A stretch of 64,000 bases of DNA from the human T2T-CHM13v2.0 reference genome, Homo sapiens, in the NCBI RefSeq assembly GCF_009914755.1, contig NC_060935.1, one strand, 5' to 3'. A model generated the notes under the pieces. That model had not been told where the DNA came from. It did not search any database and saw nothing but the letters and a program-made list of their open reading frames with translations. Made by a program: the position numbers and the translations under genes. Of this stretch, positions 26,437 through 45,559 are shown in pieces. Position 1 is the stretch's first letter, and the number at the start of each line of letters is the position of its first letter.

Positions 26437-29156
26437 ATGTCAGAGGCCCTTGCTGCCCCCTCTCCAGAGCCACTTTACTGAGCTGGCCCATGTCTCAGAT
26501 GCTGTCTGCTACATCTGCATTTTTCTCTGGAGGGCTGCTCCTTGCAGATGAAGGCTGCCTGCCAGGAGACACCACTGGGGCTGTCCGAGGCCACTGGCCA
26601 CTCGTGCCAAAGTATAAACTTCCAATCTCTGTCCCAATATGGGGCAGGATTTGTGATGCACTTGGTGCCCCAGAACTCCTCATGAGACGGGACTGAGGCA
26701 GGACTTTGGAAGTGATGTTGATATGGTTTGGCTGTGTCCCCACCCAAATCTCATCTTAAATTGTACCTCCCGTAATTCCCACACGTTGTGGGAGGGACCT
26801 GGTGGGAGATAATTGAATCATGGGGGGTGGTCTTCCCCATACTCTTCTCATGGTAGTGAATGAGTCTCATGAGATCCGATGGTTTTATAAGGTGACACCC
26901 CTTTCACTAGGTTCTCATTCTTTCTCTTGCCTGCTGTCATGTAAGATGTGCCTTCACCTCCTGCCATGATTGTGAGGCCTCCCCAGCCACGTGGAACTGT
27001 GAGTCCATTACACCTCTTTTTCTTTATAATTTACCCAGTCTCAGGTATGTCTTTATCAGCAGTGTGAAAATGGACTAATACAGTAAATTGGTACCGGTAG
27101 AGTGGGGTGCTGCTGTAAAGACATCTGAAAATGTGGAAGCGACTTTGGGACTAGGCAAGCAGAAGTTGGAACAGTTTGGAGGGCTCAGAAGAAGACGGGA
27201 AAATGTGGGAAAGGTTGGAACTTCCTAGAGACTTGTTGAATGATTTTGACCAAAATGCTGATAATGATATGAACAATGAAGTCCAGGCGGAGGTGATCTT
27301 AGATGGAGATGAGGAACTTGTTGGGAACTGAAGTAAAGGTGACTCTTGCTATGTATTAGCAAAGATACTGGTAGCATTTTGCCCTGCTCTGGAGATGAGT
27401 GGAACTTTGAACTTGAGGGTGATGATTTAGGGTGTCTGGTGGAAGAAATTTCTAAGCAGCAAAGCCTTCAAGAGGGCACTTGGGTGCTGCTGAAAGCATT
27501 CAGTTTTAAAAGGGAAACACAGCATAAAAGTTCAGAAAATTTGCAGCCTGATGATGCAATAGAAAACACCCATTTTCTGAGGAGAAGTTAAAGCAGCATG
27601 CAGAAATTTGCATAAGTAATGAAGAGCCAAATGTTAATCACCAAGACAATGGGGAAAATGTGTCCAGGGCATGTCAGAGAACTTTGTGGCAGCCCCTCCC
27701 ATCACAGACTTGGAGGCCTAGGAAGAAAAAAATGGTTTCATGGACTGGGCCCAGGGCCCCCTGCTGTGTGCAGCCTAGGGACTTGGTGCCCTGCCTCCCA
27801 GCCACTCTAGCTATGGCTAAAAATGCCAAGGTACAACTCAGGCCATGGCTTCAGAGGCTGCAAGCCCCAAGCCTTGGCAGCCTCCACATGGTGTTGAGCC
27901 TGCAGGTGCACGGAAGTCAAAAATCGAGGTTTGGGAACCTCTGCCTAGATTTCAGAGGATGTAGGGAAATGCCTAGATGTCCAGGCAGAAGTTTGCTGCA
28001 GGGTGGAATCCTCATGGAGAACCTCTTCTAGGGCAGTGCAGAAGGGAAATGTGGGGTTGAAGCCCCCACAAAGAGTCCCCACTGGGGCACTGCCTAATGG
28101 AGCTGTGAGAAGACGGCCACTGTCCTCCAGACCCCAGAATGGTAGATCCACCAACAGCTTGCACTGTGCACCTGGAAAAGCTGCAGACACTTAACACCAG
28201 CCTGTGAAAGTGGCCAGGAGGGAAGCTGTACCCTGCAAAGGGGCAGAGCTGCTGAAGACCATGGGAACCCACCTCTTGCATCAGCATGACCTGGATGTGA
28301 GACATGGAATCAAAGGAGATTATTTTGGAGCTTTAAGATTTGACTGCTCCACTGGATTTAGGACTTGCATGAGAGCTTTAGACCTTTTGGGTTGGCCCAT
28401 TTCTGCCATTTGGAATGGTTATCTTTACCCAATGCCTGTACCATTGTATCTAGGAGGTAACTAACTTACTTTTGATTTTACAGGCTCATAGGTGGAAGGG
28501 ACTTGCTTTGTCTGGGGTGAGACTTTGGACTGTGGACTTTTGAGTTAATGCTGGAATGAGTTAAGACTTTGGGGGACTGTTGGGAAGGCATGATTGGTTT
28601 TGAAATGTGAGGACATGAGATTTGGGAGGTGCCAGAGGTGGAATGATATGTTTGGCTGTGTCCCCATCCAAATCTCATCTTTAACTGTAGCTCCTGTAAT
28701 TCCCACATGTTGTGGGAAGGACCCGGTGGGAAATAATGGAATCATGGGGGCAGCCTTCCCCATACAGTTCTTGTGGTAGTGAATCAATCTCATGAGATCT
28801 GATGGTTTTATAAAGAGACACCCCTTTCGCTGCTTGGCTCTCATTCTCTCTCTTGCCTGCTGTGATATAAGATGTGCCTTTTGCCTTCCACCATGATTAT
28901 GAGGCCCCCCCGCCATATGGAACTGTGAGTCCATTAAGCCTCTTTTTCTTTCTTTTTTTTTTTATGATTTACCCAGTCTCAGGTATGTCTTTATCTGCAG
29001 TGTGAAAATGGGCTAATACAGACGTGTTTACTTCATCTCTTTCTCTCTTACCTTGCCTCCCTCACTCCAATGCAGGCATTTCCTCAGGGTACTTTCTCAG
29101 TAAGATGCTTGCCCAAGAATCCCATCTCAGCCTCTAGGGAAGCTCACCTAAGACCA
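26437..29156 (+). mobile_element. LTR16-like ERVL LTR split by THE1 (pieces ~26437-26718 and ~29026-29156)
   Basis: gtataaa...ccagaactcc..gactgaggc, then cctccctcactcc...cttgcccaagaatcccatctcag..cacctaagac. Confidence 0.6.
26719..29020 (+). mobile_element. Full-length THE1 (THE1B/C-like) MaLR: LTR 26719-27082, internal 27083-28643, LTR 28644-29020
   Basis: Both LTRs run tgatatg...ctaataca; internal part starts gtaaattggtacc; TSD gatgt/gacgt. Confidence 0.93.
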
Positions 29157-29799
29157 GATAGAGGGTCAAAAGTCTGACTGAAGAAGTAAGACTTCCAACA
29201 ACTACCTGTGCATTTCCAAACACCCTCATACTTTGCCTTCAGCAGTCAAAGTATCTGGATGTTGCTCTCAGCTTTGCTTGTCAGCATTCGGCATTTATTT
29301 TTAAAGAGGCCACAGGGATGAGGAGAAGTCACCTGATTTACCTTTTGCTCACAGCCCTCTTAGGGCAGCAGGGTCAAGGGCACACACAGAGGGTCTTTTG
29401 GGGTGGTGGGCAGTGTGGTATCAGGGAGATGTTTAGCCTTTGAGTCAAAAATCTTTATGTTAGGCCATTGGCCCATTACTCCTTAGCATGGGAGTAATTT
29501 TCCTATCTACAAATTGGGAATGTAAATATTCACCCTAAGGTGTTTTTCAGAGACCTACTTGAAATAATGAATATATTTGCACTTTTATATTATAAAATGT
29601 TAATGTAAATGTGAGAGTTTCTTTAAGTCATATACTTCAGACTGCAGTGGGTTGGTTATAGGCTAAACGTCTTTGTCATCACTGGGTAATTAATGCCAAT
29701 GGTTCCCTAAAATGGTCCTATTAATTTACATTTCCACCAGCAGCACATGCTCCTAACAGTGCTGGATGGCTGAGATGCTTGCTTCTGCTTGGCTCACTT

Positions 29800-30528
29800 C
29801 TTGTATTAGGATTATACATCCCGACCTTTGTTACACAACCTTGTGATCTCTCCCTCTAGAGGAGGCACAACACACGTCCCCACCCAGTTGATGCTGGGTT
29901 TGAACTATGGAGTGGTAGCAGATGTATTGTGGGCGAGGGCCTTCAATCTGCTTGCCTGGCTTGGTTTAGCCAGTGTTCTCTGGTGGTCCCCCCCGGGAAG
30001 CACAACCATTGCTGCAACTGCCCCTTCGGCCTGGGGGCAGAACTGACCCCCAAGGTAAGCCTGGAGTCCAGGCTAGCTCAGCCTAGATGAGTTGAATCAT
30101 AATCGGCTTGCAAACTGTTGAGAGTGAATATAAATACGGGAAATGATTGAGATTTTGAGATACAGGAGTCTGCCCGCATCAATGGTTTCACTTTCCACAG
30201 CTTCAGTTACTGTGGTATGAAAATATTAAGGTATTTTGAGAGAGAGAGAGAGTCCACATTCCCATGATTTTTATCACATTTTATTGTTGTAATTGTTAAA
30301 TTGCTCTCTTATATTATCAGTTGCTGTTGATCTCTAACTGTGCCTAATTTATAAATTAAACTTTATCATAGACATGTGTATGTACAGGAAAAAAACAGTA
30401 TATAGAGAGCACAGTACTACCTGCGGTTTCAGGCATCCCACAGGGGTTTTGGAACATATCACCTATAAATAAAGGGGGGCGGGAGACGCTAATGTAATTT
30501 GCTATACATCAAAAACCGACAAATACAT
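29800..30528 (+). mobile_element. MLT1-type LTR split by MER44
   Basis: MLT1H/I-like text (agcctggagtccag..cagcctagat) resuming after 30490 and ending in aaataca. Confidence 0.55.
30163..30490 (+). mobile_element. MER44A-like TcMar-Tigger MITE
   Basis: ggtttcactttccacag..aaaatattaaggtattttgagagagag..gtgcctaatttataaattaaactttatcata..ggtttcaggcatcc. Confidence 0.8.
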
Positions 30529-31379
30529 TCTGTTAACTTTAGAGAAATAAACTATCAAGGTGTCATAACATGGAACACGGGAAATTGGTGAAAAATGAAT
30601 AAAATGTAGTTATGTGTGTCTGCATGAACAAATACCCCAAACACAACATTATATACAAAAGCAAGTTTTAGTATAATATAATCGCATTCACAAAAAGTTT
30701 TAAAATAAAAATAATACCTATATGTGGTAAAAAATGTTATAAAACGACTAGTGGTAGTTATACCTTGGGAAAATGAATCATTCAGGAGTTGGTGATCGGG
30801 GATTTAGGCATCGTGGCAATGTTTTATTTTTCAAGCTGTGTGATAAGCCTATAGGTTATCATGTTATTATTCTTGTGCATGTTATACTCTTCAATATTAC
30901 ATACTGAATTTTGAAATATAAGAATGTAAGTTTTTGAGATAAGTTTTATGCCTATGAAGTGTTATCCAAATGTTAATCATACATGTTATTTTTGAGTCTT
31001 GGTCATGTAGGCATGTGTTGGTAGGAAGTGTGATGTTTTTCATTCTGCCTAGATTGTATTTTGGTCCACACCCATGCTAGTTCTGTTGGACTAAAGAACT
31101 CACTCAGGAGGTTGAGTCTTTACCACTAGAAGTCCTCACGAGGACTTCTCCTGGAGATCAAAACTCATAAAACATTTTCTGGGTTCCCTCTTCTCCCTCA
31201 TCCCACCCGAAGGTGCATAGGGCACTGTTGTCAGTAGAATCACCATGTTCTCTACTGGCTGGACTCACCCTGCAATCAGCTGACATGAGATGACAAAATT
31301 GAGACTGTTCTTATCTTGGATTTGTTGAGATCGCTCACGTTTTTTATTCTCCCATCTGTTTGGTCTGGGAAGTACAGGA

Positions 31380-35900
<4,521 letters not shown>

Positions 35901-38489
35901 GTTTATGGTTGAGATTAACTTTGAAATCTACAAGATACTTTTAAATAAAGGACATCAAACTCCAATTCAAAACACGTGTGTTCTGTCTCTATCCACAATC
36001 ACAGATATATTTCTAAAATACGTGTTTCTAAACATCTACATCCTACTTGTTGGCTTCTGTGTGCCATCCTCAGGAGGCCTTTTCTCATATCATGGGCTGG
36101 GCCTGCCTCTCTGCCATATACATTTTACACTCTGGATCTCATGTTTGCTATCCGTATCCCACTTGTACTAACGTGTTGAGTGTCTCCCTAAGAGACTGTG
36201 AGCTCTGAGAGGGCAGAAGACGTTGTGTCAGTCTTGTGCCCCTGCTCTCCCTGCAGAGCCCAAAACATGGCCTTGTGCCTAGGCTTACAACAAATATTTA
36301 TGAAATCCATACGTATACATAAGAAACAAATGTGTTATCAATTAATATTACCAGTTTAGTAGCCTTGGAAAATGTCTCATAAAAACTTTATGTCAGAGTT
36401 TCCCTTATCTGGAAATCAAAGAGATGAGCGAATATCATTAAAGTTTTTTATACTCTAAAATTGTTTCTCCGATTTTCTTTGATTTTCACAACTATCTGCT
36501 GAGAAAGAAAGATACTCATTTTAATTTTCAGATTATAAGTGAGAAAAACATTTTTCAAAAGGATTAAGCAATCTGTTTAAAATTGCATAGCTAATTAGTA
36601 AAAAGGCTTGGGCTCAAAGTTGTTTGACTTTATACTTTATTTCGAGAAATACATTATTATATGGAGAAATCCCTTCTACTGTAGCTTAACTCCTCCTTTA
36701 AAAAAGGAAAACAAGCAAACACAAAAAATCTTTGTGTTTATATCCTGCTTCTTCAAGAGATTGTGAGCTTCTTGAAGGCCAGAGCTGTAAATTATATATT
36801 TTTGTGATTTCCCCAAAGTCTCAAATGTGTTCTACACAGTGCAGTAAATAATTTGATATAATTCTCTGCAGGAAAATTGATCCAGTGCTGAAAACCAGTA
36901 AACAATTCTCATTAACTGTCTCTGTACCTCATGTGTCACACAGAATTTGTCCTATGGTAAGTGATTAAACCTGGTTGTTAAAGCAATGAATGATTTATCT
37001 AGCAGAATGTCAAGTTTTGAAGCCCTCCCACCTGGACCCTTTAGCCTCAAGGCTGCCATACCACAGCCCAGGTTCTGTTGAGAAAGATGTTGCCGGACAG
37101 TCTAGGTACGGGTGTAGAATTTGCCCTTCCTAATTTGTTTATCCTCTTCCAATCTTCATTGCATCCTTTATCTGGTAGCAGATTATTTTTTCAGGGGTTA
37201 AAACTTCATGTGCTTTCTAGGACTAGATAGGTAACATGAATGTGTAAATCTGTGGTCATAAAACAATAGGGTGGGACGATTCCTGTAGCAAACTAGAGCT
37301 GAGAAGGCCCTATGCATAGGTAAAAACAAATTTTAAATGCTAAAATCACCCCACCTTCCTGAGCAAATAAAATGTCTGTGCATCAAGCTAAGCCTGGGGC
37401 CCGCAAGTTCATGTCCCCTGCTTGGGGTCATTCCACACCTTTGCTCAGATGTTTGCCGTGTACTCCACCCGGCTACACAGACACATTCAGACTTCTCAGC
37501 TGGGCACACAGGCTGCTCCGAAGTCTGGTCTCAGCCCAATTTCCCAGCTGCTTCTCCCCTCTGCTCCCACACACAGCCTCCCACACTCCTGTCCACCTCT
37601 ACTGTGGGCTGTCCCTGAGCCTGACACTGTGCATCTCACCTGCTGGTCTGCTCTGCTAGACGGGTAACATGAATGTGTGAATCCGCTGGCCTGCTCCGTG
37701 CTCTGCATGCTGGAATCTGACTGTTGGAATCCTGGGTTGCCTCAGCTGCGCTCTCCACAATGAGGCCTTTTCGACTGACTCCTGCAGGGTGCATGTGGAC
37801 CTTTCCCTTTGGTTTGCATAGCCCTGGGAGGCTATTTATTTTCACTCTCGAAGCCATTTTCTGTACCTTCACCACCAGTTTACACTTCAGGAAACTAAGA
37901 CATTGAAAGCTAAGTGAGCTGACCAAGGCTGCATTTTGAGAAATGGCTTTTCTTTACCAGTACCTGCACACTTGATAACTGCATACCTTCCCTACTGGTT
38001 TAAAACTATCTGTGGGCCCTTGTCCAATGTTTGTACTGTCCACAGCACTTTTCACAGTGTTTGGCACACTGTAGATGATCAGTGAATGTCTGAAGGTCGA
38101 ATGGAGTTTATGCTGAATAGGTGTGCGTCTGTGTGTGTGTGTGCGTCTGTGCGTGTGTGTGTGTCTGCATTTCAGGTAATAGAGTCTCATTATTCCTTCA
38201 CAAAGGCATTGGTATTTGGAATTGACATCCAGAGCTGGTTTCCTTCAAACTCATTTTTTACCTTGATTTCCTCAGTGATGATGATGACATACACCCATTG
38301 GCCCATCTCTATCTTTAACTCACCACTGGATCCATCCTTTTCTCTTTCTTTTAACCTGCTTGAATGCAAACCAAGCCTTTGATGCAACGACAGCTTTGCT
38401 GATGTACGTGGTGTTGGTGACGTCATGGTTTCCTAAGTAACAATCAATCTGCTGTGCTAAAACTCTACGGAAGAAAGCCATTAAAAAGG

Positions 38490-38531
38490 ATTGTGTGAGT
38501 GGTGTGTGTGTGTGTGTGTGTGTGTCTGTGT
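38490..38531. repeat. (TG)n microsatellite
   Basis: Direct reading; a second imperfect TG tract lies at ~38120-38165. Confidence 0.9.
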
Positions 38532-39712
38532 ATACCTGAAAACAAACACACTAAGTGTCCATGCACACACACTGGTCATCTTTTTAAAGAATATCATCAA
38601 CAAAATTTCACTGTAGCAGCATCAGTGAGATGAGTCCCAGTGGATGAAGTGGTTTCCATGGAAATGTGTTATTGTGCTTTGGAAAAGCAGCTTGTTCTGC
38701 ACATGAGAAAGATGTAAAATAGGGGCTCAAATCCCATGTGAACTCACACCACTGCAAATATAGCCTCTAAGCACCTGGAACAGGCAAAGGCAGAGGCTGG
38801 AGTTTAAGAAATAGGGTCAGTTCCACCAGCATGCCCGGGACCTTGGCTGTTGTCATTTACTTGTTCCTTGTTGTCAGAGACCCCAGAAGCTGGGAGCTCT
38901 CCGAGATTAGGCACTGCACCTTGAGTCACGATGGTTGTTATTATTTTGTATTACTTATCAGCCATGTATAAGTGCTTTACATATATTATCTCATTTAGTT
39001 ATCACACAGCCTTAAATGCGAGTTAGGTTCTTAAGTCCTTTCTGTAGTTAGGGAGGTTAGAACTATGTTTAATTGCCTTGGGGCCTTGCTAATGCCTGGC
39101 TGCTGGTAGGTGTTTAGATGGATAAATGGATGCAGGAGTGAATGAGGGAGCAAGGGAAGATGTGGCAGAAAAGGCAGGTTGTTACTGGGAAGTCTCTGCC
39201 CAAGCCTGGGGAGCAGGGTACAGGATCGGAACCATCAGACATTCATGCTGATAATGGGGGCCGAGGAGCTTGGGGACTGAATGGCTTGACCAAATCTTTC
39301 CAGCACCTCCCTAGAATATTGGTTGACAGCCCCCAAGAGAACAACCTGTTTAGGTCAGCTGAAGCTGAACCACTCAATCTCAATTCATAAGTCCACCGAG
39401 GAATACATTTTTTTTTCTCCAGCAAGCTTTAATACAAGAGGCCTGAATTCTCAGCCATAGAACCTGTTCTCAGCCTGTTTTTCTGGCTCTGGCTGAGCCC
39501 CAGCCAGATAGAAGATATTTCTGAACATGGAGGGTGGTTTAGGAGCTGTCAGCATCTAGTTCACAGAAATGGCCAGGAGGTGTTCAAATACCAGAGCAGA
39601 GGGGACAGTGGGAAGAGACATTTTCAGCAACTATGGGCTCTTCCTCTGAGATTAAAAAAATACAAAAGGCAAAACTCCTTTTTTGCTCGATGTTGATAAG
39701 AATGTACACTTT

Positions 39713-40121
<409 letters not shown>

Positions 40122-40547
40122 TCAGCCACAGAAGGTGGGGTTCACGTCCCCCACTGAACCAGGCCAGGCCCAGCCGCTTAAGGTGTAAACCAGGGAAAGA
40201 CCTGGTGCTGCCAATTAGTGCATGCATGGGACGTGCATCCCTCTAGCTCCTCACTGTGATTTCATGGTTCCATTCCATCCAAGACTCCTCAGCACAACTC
40301 GCCGTCCTCACCCGGGATGTGACAGAGGAGCCTGAGAGCAGCCAGGACAGAGGGAGCTGCGGGACCCAGAGGGCCAGTTCCTGCTTCTGGAGAAGCAGCC
40401 AAGGGGGCTGTTCCTTCCTCTCCAGACAGCTGCTGGGGTCCAGGCCATGGTGGAGAGAGGAACAGAACCATGCTTCTGATATTTTATAGTGTAAAAATCA
40501 GGGAACATTTTTAGGCCATTGCTATGGTCAAAGTTCTGGTGAGGTTA

Positions 40548-40790
40548 TTTTTTTATTAACTGACAAATAATGATTGTATATATTTTGGGGTACAATGGGA
40601 TTTTTTGGCATACACATACATTGTGGAATGTTTGAATCAAGCCAGCTGACATATCCATCACCTCACATACTTAACATTTTTTTGAAGTGGGAACGTTTAA
40701 AATGTACTCTTTTAGCAATTGTGAAATATATAATTATTATTAACTATCGTTCTTTGCTGTGCAGTAAGTCACTGAAACTTATTCTCGGGT
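40548..40790 (-). mobile_element. L1MA 3' end
   Basis: ttgtatatattttggggtacaat...acatatccatcacctcacatactta. Confidence 0.8.
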
Positions 40791-43068
40791 GAGGTTTCTT
40801 GATCAAATCTTGCCTTAAATATTCTTACAACCTATGTGGTAGATGGGTATATAAAAGCTAAATGTTTTCAGGAAATAATACATGGTTGAATTTAGGCCAA
40901 AATCAAGTTCTTCAAGTGATTCATCTTCATTTCAGCTGGAAATTCTGTGTTTCAAATCCCTGTCTTTGGCCCTTCCTGTTTTCATGGGGCCTAAGGGAAG
41001 CCTATTCATGGAACCCAAGAACGTTCTTCGGCTTCCAGTTTTGCAATGTACTTCGCACTCTGCTCTTTCTCAGTGTGCTCTGCTAATAAAGTCTCTCCCC
41101 AGCTGCCTCATCTGTGCTCCAGCACAGCCAATGCCAGGCAACAATGGTGGATGTGCACCTGCACCTGCTCAGGTCTCCTCCTACTGCGGTGAAGAGGAAG
41201 ACACCTGCAGAGACCTGCACATCTGGATGGGCAAGGCCATGTCCAGTCTGGCCTCTGTGTCCTTGGACCGTGAGGTTTCTCCTCCTCCTTGTCTCCTCGA
41301 GCCAAGCCCATGCAGGATGATGGGGCTGGGCTATCCAAGCCCACTACGTCCACCCAGGGAATTGCTTTGTTTTCTGTGGGAACAGAATGGAAGGACTTTT
41401 ATTTCTAGAAGACATTATCTCATCTCCTATATTAATCCGAGATGTATTAATGACATTTTTGACCCAAAAATATGCCTTTGAAATGAAGCAGTTATCTATT
41501 GAAGAAACTTTATTTCTAACGGAGAACAGAGCTGGACTCTGACAAGTTCCAGAGTGTCTCAGGAAATAGCAAATCTATCCTGGAATAGGAGCAAGAGAGC
41601 TTTGAAAGCAAAGAGCTGAGGATTCCAGCTGCAGGAGGCACTCTAGGGAAGGCGGCTGGAGCCAAGCCAGTGTCATCTGCCAACAGTGGCCACATTCTTA
41701 GGACAGACCAGGGAAAAGGAGGCCTTTCTGGTAACCTTGTTCACCCCAAATCTTCATTCCTACTTGCTGAGATTTTTTAAGTACCAAAATATCTGTGATT
41801 CTAGATGTTGACATAAAAATAGCCTTCAAGCTTCACCCAGTCCTTGGGGGCTCTATGCAGCAAAGTAAGCTGGTGAGGAAAGGCTGGCTGAGCTTCCTCT
41901 GGGAGCCGGGGCAGATGCTCATTGCCAAGTGTGGGGAGGCGATCCTGGAATGGGTCCAAATAAACATTCAATAAACTTGTCAGCCCGCTGTGGGGGTCCC
42001 TGCGAAGGACAGGCATCTCCCCTGTTTGCGGTGTCCTGGCAGTGACCTCACTTACTTCATGAGGGGCTGCCCCAGCACCTCCTACCACGGCCACGTTTCT
42101 GCCCAGGGAGCGTGTCATCGGGGGCTCCAGCTGTGCTGATTTTTATTTTGTGGCAGGAAATCAGCACTCCCCAGGCACCGCGTGGGCTGGGTAAGGGTGG
42201 AACGGTTCAGGGGAAGAGCAGAGCTCACGTCTGGAGTATGAGTAAATCTCCGACCCTCATGTCTGTCTGATTTTGTTTTTAAGAGTTTTGGGGAAGCTGG
42301 TATTCAGGATGGGTCCTGACTGGCAGTGAGCAGCACCTGCGGGCACTCGGGAGGGAGCAGGGAGCAGGTGGAGAGACGGAGCAGGAGGTGGACCAGACAG
42401 AACAGGAGGCGATGAGGAAAGCGAGGGGAAGACAGGGATGAGAACGGGGCAGACAAGAGGCAGAGGAAAGAAATGGGAACTAAAAGGGAAAAGGGAGGCA
42501 AGAAAGGATCAGAAAGTGTACTGTGTGGAGGACATGAGGGAAAGTCAGGGAGAATGCAAGGAGACAGCTCTGCCCGAAAGGTGAGATAAAAAGAACCGAT
42601 GGCAGAACCTGAAATGTGAAAGGAAATGTGAATAAAACAGAAGGAAGAGTGGCTCGTCTGAGTGCGGAGAGCGGGAAAGCAGCCAGCACGTGAGTGTGCT
42701 CACGGCCGGGGATCGGGGGGATGCAGGGGCTGGACGATGCCCCTTCCCTGCTGCCCACATTTTGCTCATCTGAGAAGCTCCACAGCTGAGGTAGATGACC
42801 AGGCGGAGACAGGTGGAACTCCTCCCACCCATCCCCAGGCTTCCTCGTGGTGGCCAGGCTGACATGTCAGTAGTGAACCCCGAGGCTCCTTCTCCAACTT
42901 TGTCTCTGGCATAGAGATCATCCAGGGGCCGGAACGCAGCCTCTTCCTGAAGGTGAACTGAGGCTACATCCTTCAATGGCCCAGGAGCACCTGTTGAGGT
43001 GGGCATACCCTCCTTGAGTGCTGGCAGGCTCTAAGCCTCTGCATGCTGGCTCAGAAGTGCACCTGAAT

Positions 43069-43390
<322 letters not shown>

Positions 43391-45005
43391 GTGCACCTTA
43401 TGAGCAAGGATGCCCTTTGCTGTACAGGAGCTCCCTGTAGTTCCGCTCTTAGCCTACCTTCAGCCTTGCAGGGAGGTGCTGGGTGCCCCTAGCATTGCTC
43501 CCAGAGCCAGGTCCTGGGGAAGGACAAGGGCTCTAGGAAGGAGTCTGGAGGGAAAATGAGGTGAAGTGAAGTGCCCTGAACAGGTGAGCACAGCAGCAGG
43601 TCTAGATCCACAGAGAAACTGGGACTCAGCACTAAGCACCAGTGTACAGGCAACGCGGCCCATGGACATTAAGGAGGCATGAACTCACCTCCTTCAGGAG
43701 GCACGCTTCTCCCCGGAGCTTGCTCTCACTGTCTCTGGGCTTCTCTGGGGGGAACTGCAGCCTGGTAATGCAGGGGGATGGGGACCAGCCCCTAAGTGAA
43801 TAGAGGATCTCAGGTTGAAGGCAGGGACTGTGGAGGTCATCAGGGCCATCCCACTGCTCTGGCTTGACCCCATGCCCCTGGGCTGGGAAGGACAGAAGTG
43901 CATGGCTCCGGAAGAAGAGGAGGGGAAGAGTGGAGCTACCAGGAAGGAGATCCCCTCTGCTGCATCCCACCAAGCCATTCGTCCCCATAAAATAACAACC
44001 TTGGTTATAACTGCAGAGACCCAAATATGGGAAAAAATTCCAAGGTCTGTTATCCCTCAATTTGTAATTAGAAAAACCATGTTTGAGCCCAAGCTGTGTC
44101 TCTTACCAATGGGATCAATTTTATTAAATCACCCAATCTCTCTGAGCCTCAGTTTCTTCTCCTATAAAGTGTTGTTGATGGTGCGCACATTTCAAACTCA
44201 TTGTGGAGAAAAAGGACAACATAGGGCCACTATCAACAACCCTTCTGGAATGTAATTTGTGCTAATACACAAAAGTTTTTTACCATTGCTATGCGTAAAG
44301 AACCTGATTATCTGAACAGCCAATCATGTAAACCATATTTCAGTCACTTTGATAACCAAGAGGAAACATGTCTTTCACTAAGAAATATTGTTCTGGGTTA
44401 TGCTGCATCTGTAGGCTCCTCCACCTCACCCCTGCCCACATTTGCTCACACTCTGCGTCGCGGAATGCAGTAGGTGGATCCTCAGGGATCTCTGCAGTTA
44501 AGGAGAAGCCCTTGGCCATACATAAGGCTCTTCCGCAGTGCAGGAGAGCTCATTCTCCCACTCCCCCTCCACTTGAGTGACTAAAATTGAATCAGTAGAA
44601 TTCAGCAGATTAAGAAAATTGGTGTCATCCCACAGCTTCATTACCTTGCAGGAGATAATAGCACCTCCAGATCCCAGAGGGCAATTACCAAACTATAACA
44701 CATCATTCATGAGCTAACCATACATCCGCCCCCTCTGTGAGCTGAATCCCTGCCACCCTCCCTTGGTGCAGAAGACTTTACTTCCAGAGAGCACCCCCAG
44801 CCCAGCAGTGCCGTGCACATTCCTCCCCCGACACTTCCCAAGCATAGGCAGATGCAGCCACTCTGTCAGCCTCAGAGCATGAGGACCTAGTTGCAGGTTG
44901 AGCGCCTGAACCCAAAATGAGATAATACCTTTGCAAAAACTGTCATGTATTGTCTTAAGAAAGCAATTATAATCAGGGCTGGGGTGCAGCTATGTCTCAT
45001 AAATG

Positions 45006-45047
45006 ACTTTGTATAGGACACTGCAGGCCACCAGGAACATCCCCATC
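45006..45047 (-). pseudogene. Exon remnant
   Basis: DGDVPGGLQCPIQS resembles GDVCPxGxxCPxGS. Confidence 0.55.
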
Positions 45048-45559
45048 TTTCATTTGTGTTTCCTGCAGAGAACTTCTCTCTCTCAGAGAACTTCTACATG
45101 GCTGAATTCCACGTGGGCCCCACATGTGTACCGCAAGTGGTGTGGTACACAGTGCAAACTTCATCACCAGTGAGGGACTGAGACCAGTTCTCTTATGACT
45201 CAAGTTAAAAAATAATAATGAAGTTTTTTTTAAAAGCAAGCGTTTTCAAGGGCCTTCCAGTAGCTTGGGGGAGAAGATATGTATTTTCTTGGATAGGCAA
45301 AGCAAAACATATTGATTATGACAATGCAGTGATTTTTGGAAGCAAATCTAATGAGAATAGTTGCCTTTTAATGTCAGGCCACCCCAACTGGGATTCCTTG
45401 GCTTATCATCCCTTTTTGTTTACCCTTTGTAATCACTGAGGCTCAGTCCCTATGGGTACTGATGTTGGGTGAATTGGAGGAACCGGAACATTAAGTAATT
45501 CACCAACTGAAGACACAGCCATTCTGACTTTGCAAGCTCATCCTCTTCTACTTAAACCT

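Noticed and set aside
26475-26700. Apparent GCC2/GCC3-like remnant (KSCPI..SGLGQP / SPSG..FICK)
   Set aside because: The sequence reads better as an LTR16-like LTR that continues after the THE1. This shows that single by-eye, frameshifted matches can be false positives.
27346-28934. ORFs within THE1
   Set aside because: Short fragments of decayed MaLR internal and LTR sequence; no gag/pol
40882-41481. 199-aa plus-strand Cys-rich ORF
   Set aside because: No recognisable domain; it is antisense to minus-strand remnants
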